Shown here one piece after another: positions 1-10,814 of a stretch of 64,000 bases of DNA. Position 1 is the stretch's first letter. Each line of letters begins with the position of its first letter. Under the pieces are notes generated by a model, which made no database searches, was not told the DNA's origin, and worked only from the letters and a program-made list of their open reading frames with translations. The DNA is from Bacilli bacterium (lineage in GTDB: Bacteria > Bacillota_I > Bacilli_A > RF39 > UBA660). The position numbers were made by a program, and so were the translations under genes. Location: positions 71,049 to 135,048 of the forward strand of contig JAUVZX010000002.1 in NCBI GenBank assembly GCA_030602345.1, in the 5' to 3' direction.

Positions 1-74
1 GCTTTAAGTTTAAAGAAAGATGTTCATTAATATCTTTTTTTTTGGCATTATAGTATAATAAGAATGGTGATATT

Positions 75-1025
75 ATGAATAAAAAAGTAGTAGTTTTAGG
101 CGGAGGAACAGGTTTATCAACTCTCTTAAGAGGTTTGAAACAATTTCCTGTGGATATAAAAGCAATTGTTGCGGTTAGTGATGACGGAAGTAGCACTGGA
201 AGACTTAGGGAAGAATTTAACACTCCCGCTGTTGGTGACATAAGGCAAGTTTTGATAGCTTTATCTGAAACAGAACCGCTGGTAGAAAATTTATTGAACT
301 ATCGTTTCAATACAAGTAGTGATTTAAATGGTCATGCTGTAGGCAATTTAATATTAACGGCTATGTCTAATATAACGGGTAATTTGTCTGTCGGAATAGA
401 ATCTTTAAGTAAAGTTTTCAATTTGAAAGGAAAATTAATTCCTCTTACAGATGAAAATGTAGTTTTAGTTGGTCATATGTCTGATGGAGAAATAATTGAG
501 GGTGAACATCATATAACCGAATATCGTAAAAAAATTGAAAAAGTAACATACAAAACGATGCCGACAGCGAATGAAGATGCAATAGAAGCGATAATGGAAG
601 CAGACCTAGTTATTTTAAGTATGGGAAGTTTATATACAAGCATCATTCCTAACCTTTTAATCCCCGAAATGAGAATGGCGCTTAAGAAAACCCCCGCTAA
701 AATAATGTATATTTGTAACATGATGACACAGCCTGGTGAAACTGATAATTTCAAAGTTAGTGATCACGTTAAAATATTAAATAGTTATTTAAGAGATAGA
801 GAACTGGATATCATAATGGCAAATAACAGTGAAATAAATGATGAAATGATAGAAAGATATTCATATTTAGAACAAAAAGAAAGAGTAATATTTGATAGAG
901 AAAACTTGAAAGAATACCAATTAATAGAAGATAATTTTGTAACCATAACAAACAACGTGATAAGACACGATGGTTTGAAGGTTTCTTTAAGAATATTTGA
1001 ATATTTACTAAAAGGAGACGAATAA
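75..1025 (+). CDS. yvcK: YvcK/GlmR (UPF0052, CofD-like) gluconeogenesis/cell-wall precursor factor
   Basis: Motifs VVVLGGGTGL, DDGSSTGRLR, GHAVGNL and GSLYTSIIPNL; typical yvcK-whiA order. Confidence 0.93.
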   Translation: MNKKVVVLGGGTGLSTLLRGLKQFPVDIKAIVAVSDDGSSTGRLREEFNTPAVGDIRQVLIALSETEPLVENLLNYRFNTSSDLNGHAVGNLILTAMSNITGNLSVGIESLSKVFNLKGKLIPLTDENVVLVGHMSDGEIIEGEHHITEYRKKIEKVTYKTMPTANEDAIEAIMEADLVILSMGSLYTSIIPNLLIPEMRMALKKTPAKIMYICNMMTQPGETDNFKVSDHVKILNSYLRDRELDIIMANNSEINDEMIERYSYLEQKERVIFDRENLKEYQLIEDNFVTITNNVIRHDGLKVSLRIFEYLLKGDE

Positions 1026-1966
1026 TGTCTTTTACGAGTGTTGTAAAAAATGAAGCCAGTAAAGTAGAAGCTACAAAAACAGAATATACTTCAGAATTAT
1101 CAGCAATAATAAACGCAATTGGAAAAGAAGAAAATGGTATATCAATATCTTTTGAGAATGCTAGCGTGGCAAGAAGATGTTTTTCAATAGTTAAAGATCT
1201 TTATTCTATAACTCCTTCTGTATCAGTTAGAAAAAAATACAAAAATTCTTCCCAATATCAATATGTTTTAAAAATAAATAAAGAAAAAGAATTAATAATG
1301 AGTGATTTATCCATAAAAGGGAGCACAAAAATTCCCAATTCATTTATATATGCTGACGAAGAATTATCTCGAGCATATTTAAGAGGTATTTTCTTAGCGG
1401 TAGGAACAATAAGCGATCCTAAAACTTCTAGATATCATTTAGAATTTATTGTAACAACGAAAGAATTTGCACAGTTCCTATCGACGCTATTAAATGCATT
1501 TAATTTGAAAAGTAAATATATAAAAAAAGACAACAAATATATGGTTTATATTAAAGAAGCGGAAAAAATAAGTGACTTTTTAAGAATAATTAAGGCAATT
1601 CAATCATTGCTATATTTTGAAGATATACGAATTTATCGCGATCATAAAAATATGACAAACCGATTAAATAATTGTGAACAAGCTAATGTAGATAAAATAG
1701 TGATGAATGCTTCGTCTCAAATAAATGATATTGAGCTAATAAAAGAAAGCGGTCTATTTGATGTGTTAGATAAAAAAATACAAGAAGCTGCACTATATCG
1801 AGAAAAATATAGCGAATCTTCTTTAACGGAATTAAGTGAAATAATCTCGTATGAAACAGGAATAAAAATAACAAAATCAGGATTAAATCATCGTATGACT
1901 AAAATGAAAGAGTTGGCAAATAAAATTAGAACCAACCAACATAAAGACAAGCAAAGCAAAATATAG
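1025..1966 (+). CDS. whiA: DNA-binding protein WhiA
   Basis: MSFTSVVKNE start; AYLRGIFLAVG..SDP...YHLE; NRLNNCEQAN; C-terminal TKSGLNHR HTH. Confidence 0.95.
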   Translation: MSFTSVVKNEASKVEATKTEYTSELSAIINAIGKEENGISISFENASVARRCFSIVKDLYSITPSVSVRKKYKNSSQYQYVLKINKEKELIMSDLSIKGSTKIPNSFIYADEELSRAYLRGIFLAVGTISDPKTSRYHLEFIVTTKEFAQFLSTLLNAFNLKSKYIKKDNKYMVYIKEAEKISDFLRIIKAIQSLLYFEDIRIYRDHKNMTNRLNNCEQANVDKIVMNASSQINDIELIKESGLFDVLDKKIQEAALYREKYSESSLTELSEIISYETGIKITKSGLNHRMTKMKELANKIRTNQHKDKQSKI

Positions 1967-1988
1967 TATAATATCTTAGGAGGTATGC

Positions 1989-2438
1989 ATGAAAATAATA
2001 TACACAAAAGATTTAAAGGGCCAAGGTAAAAAAGGTGAAATTAAAGAAGTAAAAGATGGATATGCACAAAACTTTCTAATTAAAAATGGATATGCGGTTC
2101 CGGCAACAAAAGAAAATTTAAATATTTTAGCGAAAGAACAGGAAACAGAAAAGTTAAATCATTCATTAGCGCTAAAAGAAGCTAATCAGTTGAAGGAAAA
2201 ACTAGAAAAAGAAAAAATAGATTTTTTTGTAACTGTTGGTTCACAAGGAAATATCTTTGGAAGTATAACTTCTAAAGATATAGAAGAAAAATTAAAAGAA
2301 AAAAATTATGAAATAAAAAAACAAAATATTATAGTTGAAGAAAAAATAAATAAATTGGGAGTAAATATTGTTTTGATAAATTTGTATGATAATATAAAAG
2401 CAAAATTATCGATTCATTTGAAAGAAAAAGGTGAATAA
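1989..2438 (+). CDS. rplI: 50S ribosomal protein L9
   Basis: [29 protein letters not shown]; FGSIT; directly upstream of the replicative helicase. Confidence 0.97.
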   Translation: MKIIYTKDLKGQGKKGEIKEVKDGYAQNFLIKNGYAVPATKENLNILAKEQETEKLNHSLALKEANQLKEKLEKEKIDFFVTVGSQGNIFGSITSKDIEEKLKEKNYEIKKQNIIVEEKINKLGVNIVLINLYDNIKAKLSIHLKEKGE

Positions 2439-3779
2439 ATGAACGAAAGAGCGTTACCACATAATCTAGCTGCTGAACAAGCAGTATTAGGATCGATGTT
2501 TTTATCAAAATACGCAATGCAAAAAGCAATAGAAGAGTTAGAAAAAGAACTTTTTTATTCTGAAAGTCATGCAAGAATTTTTTCTGTGTTGGTAGATTTA
2601 AACGATAAACACGTTCCTATTGATATAACGACAGTGGTTGAAGAATTAGAAAAAAGAAAATTATTAAAACAAGTTGGAGATGTTTCATATTTAGGTGAAA
2701 TAATCAATTCTGTTCCAACGGCTTCAAATATAGATGAGTATATAAAAATTGTGACTGAAAAAGCAATTTTAAGAAGACTTATTGCAGAAGCGACTCAAAT
2801 TGTAACAGATAGTCTAGATGGTAAAGAAGATTTGGTTAATTTGCTTGATCGAGCAGAACAAAAAATATTAAATGTTGTTAAGAAAAGAAAAGCAACTGAA
2901 TTTAGAACAATTCAAGACGTTTTATTTAAAGCTCAATCTGATTTAGAAAAATTATCTAAAAATAGAGGAGAAATAACCGGATTACCTACTGGATTCTTCG
3001 GTATTGATAAAATAACTACCGGTCTTCACGAAAACGAATTAATAATTATAGCAGCAAGACCAGGTATGGGTAAAACTGCGTTTGCTCTTAATATAGCGAC
3101 AAACATAGCTATTCAATCAGCTAAAACAGTTGCAATATTTAATATGGAAATGGCAGCAGAACAATTAGTAATGCGTATGTTATCTTCGATTGGACAAATA
3201 GACGGTTATAAATTGAGAAGCGGTAAATTAGAAAATAATGATTGGAAAAGAGTTAATGAAGCAATAAGTAGACTTGCAGATGCAAAAATGTATTTGGACG
3301 ATACGCCGGGGATTAGCATTAATGAAATTAGAGCTAAGTGTCGTAGATTGGCAACTTCAGACGAGGGGCTAAGCGCAATATTTATAGACTACTTACAATT
3401 AATTACAACCAATTCAAAAAATTCATCTAATCGTCAACAGGAAGTGGCAGAAATTTCTCGTTCTTTAAAGATGTTAGCAATGGAATTAAATGTACCCGTA
3501 ATAGCTTTGGCTCAACTTTCAAGAACGGTTGATGGTAGAGAAGACAAAAGACCAATTTTAAGTGATTTAAGAGAATCAGGATCGATCGAGCAAGATGCCG
3601 ATATAGTAGCCTTCTTATATAGGGAAGATTACTATACGAGAGAACAAGATCTTGACGAACATACAAGTAAAAGTGAATTCATTATAGCTAAGCATCGTAA
3701 CGGTCCAACTGCAACGATTGACTTAGTGTTTAAGAGAAATACTTCAACTTTTGTAAACTATCTTGAAAAAGAAGAATAG
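2439..3779 (+). CDS. dnaB: Replicative DNA helicase (DnaB family)
   Basis: LPHN..AEQAVLG; Walker A AARPGMGKT; IDYLQL; SDLRESGSIEQDAD; IAKHRNGP. Confidence 0.97.
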   Translation: MNERALPHNLAAEQAVLGSMFLSKYAMQKAIEELEKELFYSESHARIFSVLVDLNDKHVPIDITTVVEELEKRKLLKQVGDVSYLGEIINSVPTASNIDEYIKIVTEKAILRRLIAEATQIVTDSLDGKEDLVNLLDRAEQKILNVVKKRKATEFRTIQDVLFKAQSDLEKLSKNRGEITGLPTGFFGIDKITTGLHENELIIIAARPGMGKTAFALNIATNIAIQSAKTVAIFNMEMAAEQLVMRMLSSIGQIDGYKLRSGKLENNDWKRVNEAISRLADAKMYLDDTPGISINEIRAKCRRLATSDEGLSAIFIDYLQLITTNSKNSSNRQQEVAEISRSLKMLAMELNVPVIALAQLSRTVDGREDKRPILSDLRESGSIEQDADIVAFLYREDYYTREQDLDEHTSKSEFIIAKHRNGPTATIDLVFKRNTSTFVNYLEKEE

Positions 3780-3786
3780 GAGAAAA

Positions 3787-5244
3787 ATGTTTAAGACAAA
3801 GGAAATATTAGCTTTAATTTTAGTTTCTTTGAGTCTTTTTGGATTAGGATTTAATTACAGAACTCCGAAAGAACCAAATGTTTACTACCAAGTTTTTATC
3901 GATGATACTTTAATAGGTATCGTAAAAAACGATAAAAATTTTTTGGAATACATTGATAATAAAGAGGAACAATATAAGGCGAAATATGGAGTTGATGAAA
4001 TTCTGCCTCCAGAAGGTGTAACTATAAAGAAAATAGTTACTTTCCATGATGATGTCAACTCTGACAAAGAGGTTTATGAAAAAATGGTTAAAATAAGTCC
4101 GATGACAATCATGGCTTATGAATTTAAATTAAACGATCAAATTGATATCAAAACGATATATGTAACTGACTCCAAGGTTTTTGATCAAGCGGTCGAAGAA
4201 GTTTACAAAACTTTTGTGGGAGCAAATAGGTATCAAAACTATACAAATAAAACTCAAGAGACAATACAAACAACTGGTAATAATATTCAAGATATATATG
4301 TGGATGAAGAAATAGTTGTCAAGAATACGAGAGTCTCGGTTGATAAGCAAATATTTAATGATTATAAGGATTTGGCTAGATACTTATTATTTAAAACTTC
4401 TGAAGATCAGAGGACATATATTGTGAAAGATGGTGACACAATAGAGAGCATCTCTTTTAACAATCAAATTAGTGTCGAAGAGTTTTTTCTATCGAACCCT
4501 CAATTTAGCAGTCCTAAAAATTTACTATTTCCAGGACAAACAGTAACTATTGGAGTTTTAGAACCACAAATGAGAGTTGTTGTTGAGGAATATGTTGTAG
4601 CAGATATAACAAATAGATATAATACTGAATATATTAATGATCCAACACTATATATTGGTGTCGAAAGAGTAGTTCGTCCAGGACAAAATGGGACATTCAG
4701 GGTTGCGCAAAATAGAACTATTGTTAATGGTCAGATAGTTGATATTAGCGAACCGATAAGTAGGGTTGAACTAGTACCAGCTATTAATAGAATAGTTAGA
4801 ACTGGTGCCAAAAAATTGCCAAGTAACGTAGGTAGTTTGAAAGACTGGAGATGGCCAACTAATCCAGGTTGGGTAGTGACTTCAGGCTATGCTTGGAGAA
4901 TTAACCCGATAACCAAAATTCGTCAGTTTCATGATGCTATAGATATAGCGGGAACTGGTTTAAATTCACCAATTTATGCAATTAATAATGGTACAGTTTA
5001 TAGGGCAAGAAGAAGTGCTGTTGCTGGTAACTATGTTGTAATTAATCACAACAATGGTTACTATTCATACTATGGCCACCTCAATAAAATTAATGTTTCT
5101 GAAGGTGAAGTTGTAGCGAAGGGAGATATTCTTGGCGGAATGGGAAAAACCGGTCAAGCAACAGGAGTTCACGTCCACTTTGCAATTTATGACAGCATAC
5201 CTTTCTCTGGTAAACGAGCTCTCAATCCGTGGTCGTTTTACTAA
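3787..5244 (+). CDS. Secreted LysM + G5 + M23 peptidoglycan endopeptidase
   Basis: N-terminal hydrophobic anchor; LysM (YIVKDGDTIESIS); G5-like segment; M23 motifs HDAID, YGHL and HVHF. Start moved to ATG 3787, which follows SD AGGAGA. Confidence 0.88.
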   Translation: MFKTKEILALILVSLSLFGLGFNYRTPKEPNVYYQVFIDDTLIGIVKNDKNFLEYIDNKEEQYKAKYGVDEILPPEGVTIKKIVTFHDDVNSDKEVYEKMVKISPMTIMAYEFKLNDQIDIKTIYVTDSKVFDQAVEEVYKTFVGANRYQNYTNKTQETIQTTGNNIQDIYVDEEIVVKNTRVSVDKQIFNDYKDLARYLLFKTSEDQRTYIVKDGDTIESISFNNQISVEEFFLSNPQFSSPKNLLFPGQTVTIGVLEPQMRVVVEEYVVADITNRYNTEYINDPTLYIGVERVVRPGQNGTFRVAQNRTIVNGQIVDISEPISRVELVPAINRIVRTGAKKLPSNVGSLKDWRWPTNPGWVVTSGYAWRINPITKIRQFHDAIDIAGTGLNSPIYAINNGTVYRARRSAVAGNYVVINHNNGYYSYYGHLNKINVSEGEVVAKGDILGGMGKTGQATGVHVHFAIYDSIPFSGKRALNPWSFY

Positions 5245-5957
5245 TGAAAATATCTATATTAGGAAGCGGTAGCTTAGGAAACGTCTCACTATTAATAACT
5301 GATAAATTGAAAGTTTTAATTGATTGCGGAATGTCCTACACTTATATAAAAAACCAACTAAAGGAGTATGGAATTCATCCTGAAGAAATAGATTTTATTA
5401 TTTTAACTCATGATCACGATGATCATATATACGGATTAGAACAGTATAAAAAACGACACAATACACAGATTATTTTCGAACCGTCAGAAGAACAGAACAA
5501 TATTTTAGAAATTAAAGATTTAAAAATAACAAGTTTTCCCTTATCTCACGATGCAGAATATATAAATGGTTATGTTTTTGAAAACAACAATAAAAGAATA
5601 GCCTATATAACTGACACGGGATACATCAACATAAAGAATCATGAATTATTAAACAATTTAGATTGTTATATTATCGAAAGCAATCACGATATAGAGATGT
5701 TGATGGAGGGAAGCTACCCTCATTATTTAAAGCAAAGAATAATAAGTGATCGAGGTCATTTATCAAATTATGATGCCATGAATTATTTAAATAAATTCAT
5801 AGGAAAAAGAACCAAGAAAATAGTTCTTTTTCATCTTAGCGAAAAGAATAATAGTATTGATTTAGTTAAAAAAGAATTTGAAAAATTAAATAAACAAGAT
5901 ATTGACTTATATATTGCTAAACAGAAAGAAAAAACGGAGTTGATTAATATTGATTAA
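5244..5957 (+). CDS. MBL-fold metallo-hydrolase (YycJ/WalJ-like exonuclease)
   Basis: LGSGSLGN, THDHDDH, ESNHD, GHLSN and HLSEKNN motifs; precedes rlmH as in other Bacilli. Confidence 0.88.
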   Translation: MKISILGSGSLGNVSLLITDKLKVLIDCGMSYTYIKNQLKEYGIHPEEIDFIILTHDHDDHIYGLEQYKKRHNTQIIFEPSEEQNNILEIKDLKITSFPLSHDAEYINGYVFENNNKRIAYITDTGYINIKNHELLNNLDCYIIESNHDIEMLMEGSYPHYLKQRIISDRGHLSNYDAMNYLNKFIGKRTKKIVLFHLSEKNNSIDLVKKEFEKLNKQDIDLYIAKQKEKTELINID

Positions 5958-6372
5958 ACTATTAGTAGCGGGGAAAATTAAAGAAGATTATTTAAAAAAA
6001 GCCTGTGAAGATTACGTAAAAAGAATAAGCAAATTTTCTAAAATTGAAGTGATAGAAATAGAAAAAAATATTGAAGAAAAAATGCTAAATAATCTGACTA
6101 TTAAAGACCACAAGATAGCTCTTACTATTGACGGAAAAAAAATTGACTCCATAGAGTTCGCTAAAAAAATAGAAAATCAATTTATATATAATCCCAATAT
6201 AATTTTTATAATAGGAGAATCAGAAGGAATTCCACAAAAAGTATTAGAGTCGTGTGATGAGAAAATAAGTTTTTCTGATATGACTTTCCCTCATCAACTT
6301 TTTAGAGTTATGTTGCTTGAACAAATATATCGTTCTTATAAAATAAACAGTAATCAAGAATATCATAAATAA
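5950..6372 (+). CDS. rlmH: 23S rRNA pseudouridine-1915 N3-methyltransferase
   Basis: GKIKE; FIIGESEG; MTFPHQLFRVMLLEQIYR...YHK; TTG start. Confidence 0.95.
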   Translation: MIKLLVAGKIKEDYLKKACEDYVKRISKFSKIEVIEIEKNIEEKMLNNLTIKDHKIALTIDGKKIDSIEFAKKIENQFIYNPNIIFIIGESEGIPQKVLESCDEKISFSDMTFPHQLFRVMLLEQIYRSYKINSNQEYHK

Positions 6373-6381
6373 AGGAGAGTT

Positions 6382-7230
6382 ATGTTAGTAAATTCAAAAG
6401 AAATATGTAATAAAGCATATCAAGAAGGATATGCAATACCACAATTCAATATAAATAATTTGGAATGGACCAAATATATTTTGGAGGAATCGGAAAAACA
6501 AGGAAGCCCTATAATTTTAGGAGTTAGCGAAGGAGCAATTAAATATATGGGAGGATATAATGTAGTGTATTCTCTTGTAACTTCATTAATCAAAGATTTA
6601 GGGATTAAAATTCCTGTATCGCTTCATTTAGATCATGGAACTTCTTTAGAAAGTTGCAAAAAAGCAATAGATGCTGGATTTTCTTCTGTTATGATTGATG
6701 CTTCTAAACTTGATTTGGAAACAAACATAATGATTACAAATCAAGTTTGTGATTTAGATGAGAATATTAGCGTAGAAGCCGAAGTTGGTCATATTGGTGG
6801 AACCGAAGATAACATAACGGCTGACATAGCTTATGCTAAGGTAAATGATGTAGCAGAAATGGTTTCAAGAACTAAAATTGATTTATTAGCAGCAGCTTTA
6901 GGCAGTGTTCATGGTCTTTATAAGGGGGAACCAAAACTTGATTTTGATAGAATGTTGCAGATAAAAGAAATGACTAAAATGCCCTTAGTTTTACATGGAG
7001 GATCTGGGATTCCAGATGAAATGATAAGAAAAAGTATTTCTTTGGGAATGGCAAAAGTTAATTTCAATACTGAATTGCAAATAGTTTGGCATAGAGCAGT
7101 TAAAGAATTCGTTACCACTAATGAAAATTATGATCCAAGAAAAGTTATTTCTTCAGGCGAAAAAGCAATAAAAGAAGTAGTTGCTCAAAAAATAGAGCTT
7201 CTAGGTAGCAAAGGAAAAGCTTATGAATAA
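6382..7230 (+). CDS. fba: Class II fructose-1,6-bisphosphate aldolase
   Basis: QFNINNLEW, LHLDHG, SVMIDAS, GSVHGLY and LVLHGGSG motifs. Confidence 0.96.
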   Translation: MLVNSKEICNKAYQEGYAIPQFNINNLEWTKYILEESEKQGSPIILGVSEGAIKYMGGYNVVYSLVTSLIKDLGIKIPVSLHLDHGTSLESCKKAIDAGFSSVMIDASKLDLETNIMITNQVCDLDENISVEAEVGHIGGTEDNITADIAYAKVNDVAEMVSRTKIDLLAAALGSVHGLYKGEPKLDFDRMLQIKEMTKMPLVLHGGSGIPDEMIRKSISLGMAKVNFNTELQIVWHRAVKEFVTTNENYDPRKVISSGEKAIKEVVAQKIELLGSKGKAYE

Positions 7231-8482
7231 GATGATAATAGAAGGAAATAAAAAGTTGACCGGTGAAATTAAAATTAGCGGCGCTAAAAATAGTGCAGTG
7301 GCTTTAGTACCGGCAGCTTTATTGTCTGATGAAGGAGCGATAATAGAAAATATACCTAATATTTCTGATATTGCAGCTTTAAAAGACATATTAAATTTAT
7401 TGGGAGCAACAATAGAGGAAACAAATGGTGTATTAGCAATCGAAACAAAAAATTCTTTCAATAAAGAAATACCAGAGGCAATGGCAAAAAAATTAAGGGC
7501 TTCTTATTATTTTATGGGGGCTTTATTAGGAAAATATAAAGAAGTTGATATATATTTTCCTGGAGGTTGTTCTATAGGTGAAAGGCCCATTAATCTTCAT
7601 TTAAAAGGTTTTGAACTTCTTGGAGCTAAAATAGAGGAAAGAGAAAACCATTTCAACATTAAAGCTGATGAACTTATTGGAAACAAAATATATTTAGATA
7701 TGGCAAGTGTTGGAGCAACAATAAATATAATGTTAGCAGCAGTTAAAGCAAAGGGAGAAACAATCATTGAAAATGCTGCAAAAGAACCAGAGATTGTTAA
7801 TGTTGCAACTTTTTTAAACAATATGGGAGCAAACATTAAAGGTGCCGGAACAAACGAAATAAGAATAACCGGTGTTGATTATTTGAAAAGAGGATATATT
7901 GAAGTGATTCCTGACAGAATAGAGGCGGGAACATACATAATAGCCGGAGCTCTTAAGGGTGATAACTTGAAAATTTCAAATATAATTCCTTTACATGTTG
8001 AATCATTAATTTACAAATTACATGAGATGAATATTCCACTGGAAGTTCATGAAGATCATTTGATAATAAGTGAAAATAAAAACATGAAAGCGACGAGCGT
8101 TAAAGTACAAGTTTTTCCTGGATTCCCAACAGATTTGCAACAGCCAATGACAACATTACTTGCTTTAGCAAAAGGAACTTCATTTGTTGAAGAAACAATT
8201 TATGAAAATAGATTTCAAAATGTTCAATATTTAAATGAGATGGGTTCTTCAATAAAAATAAACAACAGAACAATTGAAATAAAAGGTGTTGATAAATTAA
8301 TTGGTAAAGAAGTTTATGCAACTGATTTAAGAGCTGGAGCATGTCTTGTTTTAGCAGGATTAGTTGCTGAGGGAACGACTAAAATAAATAGCATTGAGCA
8401 TGTATTAAGAGGTTATGAAAATATAATTGAAAAATTAACGAATGTGGGAGCAAACATAAAAATGGAGGATAGTAATGAATAA
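7223..8482 (+). CDS. murA: UDP-N-acetylglucosamine 1-carboxyvinyltransferase
   Basis: SGAKNS, LRASYY, PGGCSIGERP (active-site Cys present), PDRIEAGT, FPTDLQ and ATDLRAG motifs. Confidence 0.97.
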   Translation: MNKMIIEGNKKLTGEIKISGAKNSAVALVPAALLSDEGAIIENIPNISDIAALKDILNLLGATIEETNGVLAIETKNSFNKEIPEAMAKKLRASYYFMGALLGKYKEVDIYFPGGCSIGERPINLHLKGFELLGAKIEERENHFNIKADELIGNKIYLDMASVGATINIMLAAVKAKGETIIENAAKEPEIVNVATFLNNMGANIKGAGTNEIRITGVDYLKRGYIEVIPDRIEAGTYIIAGALKGDNLKISNIIPLHVESLIYKLHEMNIPLEVHEDHLIISENKNMKATSVKVQVFPGFPTDLQQPMTTLLALAKGTSFVEETIYENRFQNVQYLNEMGSSIKINNRTIEIKGVDKLIGKEVYATDLRAGACLVLAGLVAEGTTKINSIEHVLRGYENIIEKLTNVGANIKMEDSNE

Positions 8483-9107
8483 TAATTTCTTTTCTAAAGT
8501 ATTAATGTGGTTATTTATTGGATTAATGGTGACTTTCTTCACAGGATATCAAATTTCATTAAATGAAAATTTAATGATTAATCTATATCAATCAGGGATT
8601 TATTACTTAATAATTTTAGTTCAATTTGGTCTAGTTATATTCTTATCAGTAAGAATAAATAAAATGGCAGATTTAACAGCAAAATTGGTATTTATTAGCT
8701 ATGCTTTTTTAACGGGATTAACACTATCTTATATATATGTTTTGTTTGAACTTTCATCAATAATTCAAATATTTGGTATCAGTTCAATTGCCCTTCTAGT
8801 CATGGGTGTCATCGGATATACTACCAACCAAGATTTAGGAAAAATCAGAAACTTTTTATATATAGGATTAATTGCTTTAATATTAATAAATGTAGTTAAT
8901 ATTTTCGCCGGTAGTCAAATGTTAGATTTTTTTCAAATGAATTTTGGAATAGTTTTATTTTTAATATTCATTGCATATGATATTCAGAAAATCAAGAATA
9001 TGTATGGCGAAGAAAAGTATGCTGTTCATTCAGCTTTGAGACTATATTTAGACTTTATTAATCTTTTCTTAAGACTTCTTAATTTATTAGGAAAAAGAAA
9101 AAATTAG
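8475..9107 (+). CDS. Bax inhibitor-1/YccA family membrane protein
   Basis: About 7 TM helices; AYDIQKI and ALRLYLDFINLFLRLL motifs. Confidence 0.9.
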   Translation: MNNNFFSKVLMWLFIGLMVTFFTGYQISLNENLMINLYQSGIYYLIILVQFGLVIFLSVRINKMADLTAKLVFISYAFLTGLTLSYIYVLFELSSIIQIFGISSIALLVMGVIGYTTNQDLGKIRNFLYIGLIALILINVVNIFAGSQMLDFFQMNFGIVLFLIFIAYDIQKIKNMYGEEKYAVHSALRLYLDFINLFLRLLNLLGKRKN

Positions 9108-9193
9108 TATTGCTTTATTATAGTTAATTTGTTATAATTTAGTAGCGCAATTTCTATAATCAAAAAAAGATTATGGCGGGAGGAGAAGTAAAA

Positions 9194-9394
9194 ATGAAAA
9201 AAAATATACATCCAAAATATATTTCTACAAAAGTAGCATGTGCTTGTGGAAACGAGTTTGAAGTTCGTTCTAATAAAGAAGAATTACACTTAGAAACTTG
9301 TGATAAATGTCATCCTTTTTTCACTGGTGAACAAGGAACAGTGGCAAGAACAGGTAAAGTTGAAAAATTTAATAAGAAATATAACTTAAAATAA
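9194..9394 (+). CDS. rpmE: 50S ribosomal protein L31 (Zn-binding CxC/CxxC type)
   Basis: [30 protein letters not shown]; start at ATG 9194 after SD GGAGGAG. Confidence 0.97.
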   Translation: MKKNIHPKYISTKVACACGNEFEVRSNKEELHLETCDKCHPFFTGEQGTVARTGKVEKFNKKYNLK

Positions 9395-9485
9395 AAACGT
9401 GAGAAAAAAATCTCATTTTTTTATTGCATTTAATTGAAATACAAAATCAAAAGTGATATAATAAAATGCAATATGAGGTGAGAGC

Positions 9486-10121
9486 ATGAAGCAAAAAGAA
9501 AACAGAAAAAAAACAGTAGAAATGGTTAATCTTTTAGATGTTAATAATTTAGAAAAACACGAAAAAGTATTATCTGAAGATAAAGAAAAAGCTCTAGTAG
9601 AAATGGTTGGTTTCTTTAAAATGAATCATGGCAAAAATTTTGAGAATGTTCTTACTAAACATTTAATGAAAGCTTTAAGTGTGGATGAAGAATATAATTT
9701 AGATGAAAAAGTTTTCGCTACATATTTAAAAGGAGCTATAGCTAAACATATTTATTTAAAAAATGTAGTCAATAATGAACTTACGGAATCTTTTGATGCC
9801 GCTCATTATATTTTGAAATATAAAAAAACAAACTATAAACAAGCTGAAGTGTTATTGTATTCAATTTTAATAAATGATCACAATGCTTATTCAGACTTAC
9901 TTGAGTCAGATCCGAGATTAATGGAAAACGCCTTAAGAGCGTATGTAGCAAATGGACTTTTAAAAGATTTTGATTACAAAGAGCAATATATACCTTTAGA
10001 CGCTATAGCCAATGCAGAGCAAATTGAATATGCATATGATTTGAAAATTAAAAAGATGATTAAAGAAGCACATCAATTAATGAAAATTGATCAACCAATC
10101 TTAGAATTGAAATATAATTAA
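9486..10121 (+). CDS. Hypothetical protein
   Basis: 211-aa ORF with SD GAGGTG, an upstream TGaTATAAT and a downstream terminator; no recognisable motif. Confidence 0.7.
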   Translation: MKQKENRKKTVEMVNLLDVNNLEKHEKVLSEDKEKALVEMVGFFKMNHGKNFENVLTKHLMKALSVDEEYNLDEKVFATYLKGAIAKHIYLKNVVNNELTESFDAAHYILKYKKTNYKQAEVLLYSILINDHNAYSDLLESDPRLMENALRAYVANGLLKDFDYKEQYIPLDAIANAEQIEYAYDLKIKKMIKEAHQLMKIDQPILELKYN

Positions 10122-10170
10122 AGTAGTAAAATAACTACTTTTTTTATGTTATAATATAAGTGGTGATAAT

Positions 10171-10590
10171 ATGAAAATAGCAATAGCAAACGATCATGGT
10201 GGAACAAAACTTAAACAAGAGATAGTTGCACATTTTAAAAACAATTATGAACTAATTAACTTGGGTACAGATAGTGAAAAAAGTGTTGATTATCCAGATT
10301 ATGCAAAAGAAATAGGAAAAATGGTTTCATCTAAACAAGTTGATTTAGGCATATTAATATGTAGGACAGGAATTGGTATGAGTATTTCTTGTAATAAAGT
10401 TCCTGGTGCTTATTGTGCTAAAGTAAACTCTCAAAGAGAAGCAATGCTTTCAAGACAACATAATAATGCCAATGTTATTACCATTGCAGGAACTATGAAG
10501 CCAGAAAAAGCTATAAAAATAATCGAAAAATTTATAATTACACCCTTTTCAAACGAGGAAAGACATTTAAAAAGGATAAATAAAATATAA
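10171..10590 (+). CDS. rpiB: Ribose-5-phosphate isomerase B
   Basis: IAIANDHGG, VDYPD, CRTGIGMSI..NKV, HNNAN and RH..R motifs. Confidence 0.93.
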   Translation: MKIAIANDHGGTKLKQEIVAHFKNNYELINLGTDSEKSVDYPDYAKEIGKMVSSKQVDLGILICRTGIGMSISCNKVPGAYCAKVNSQREAMLSRQHNNANVITIAGTMKPEKAIKIIEKFIITPFSNEERHLKRINKI

Positions 10591-10781
10591 TGGTTAAAGT
10601 ATTATTATATTTGTTCTTTTTCGCAGTGTCGTTATGGATGGTTGAGAGCATAAAAATAGAACTTATCTTTAAAAAAAATAGATTATATCAAATGCAACTG
10701 CTCTATATATTCATAGCCATAACTTTTTCTTATATAGTAGTTAATTTTTTGTATGATTTTCATGTTTTAATAAATTCATAA
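10590..10781 (+). CDS. Small membrane protein (YwzB/DUF1146-like)
   Basis: Two TM helices, FKKNR..Q pattern, position upstream of mreB/mbl. Confidence 0.6.
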   Translation: MVKVLLYLFFFAVSLWMVESIKIELIFKKNRLYQMQLLYIFIAITFSYIVVNFLYDFHVLINS

Positions 10782-10814
10782 TATGTTATAATATTTTAGA
10801 AAAGGAGGACAAAT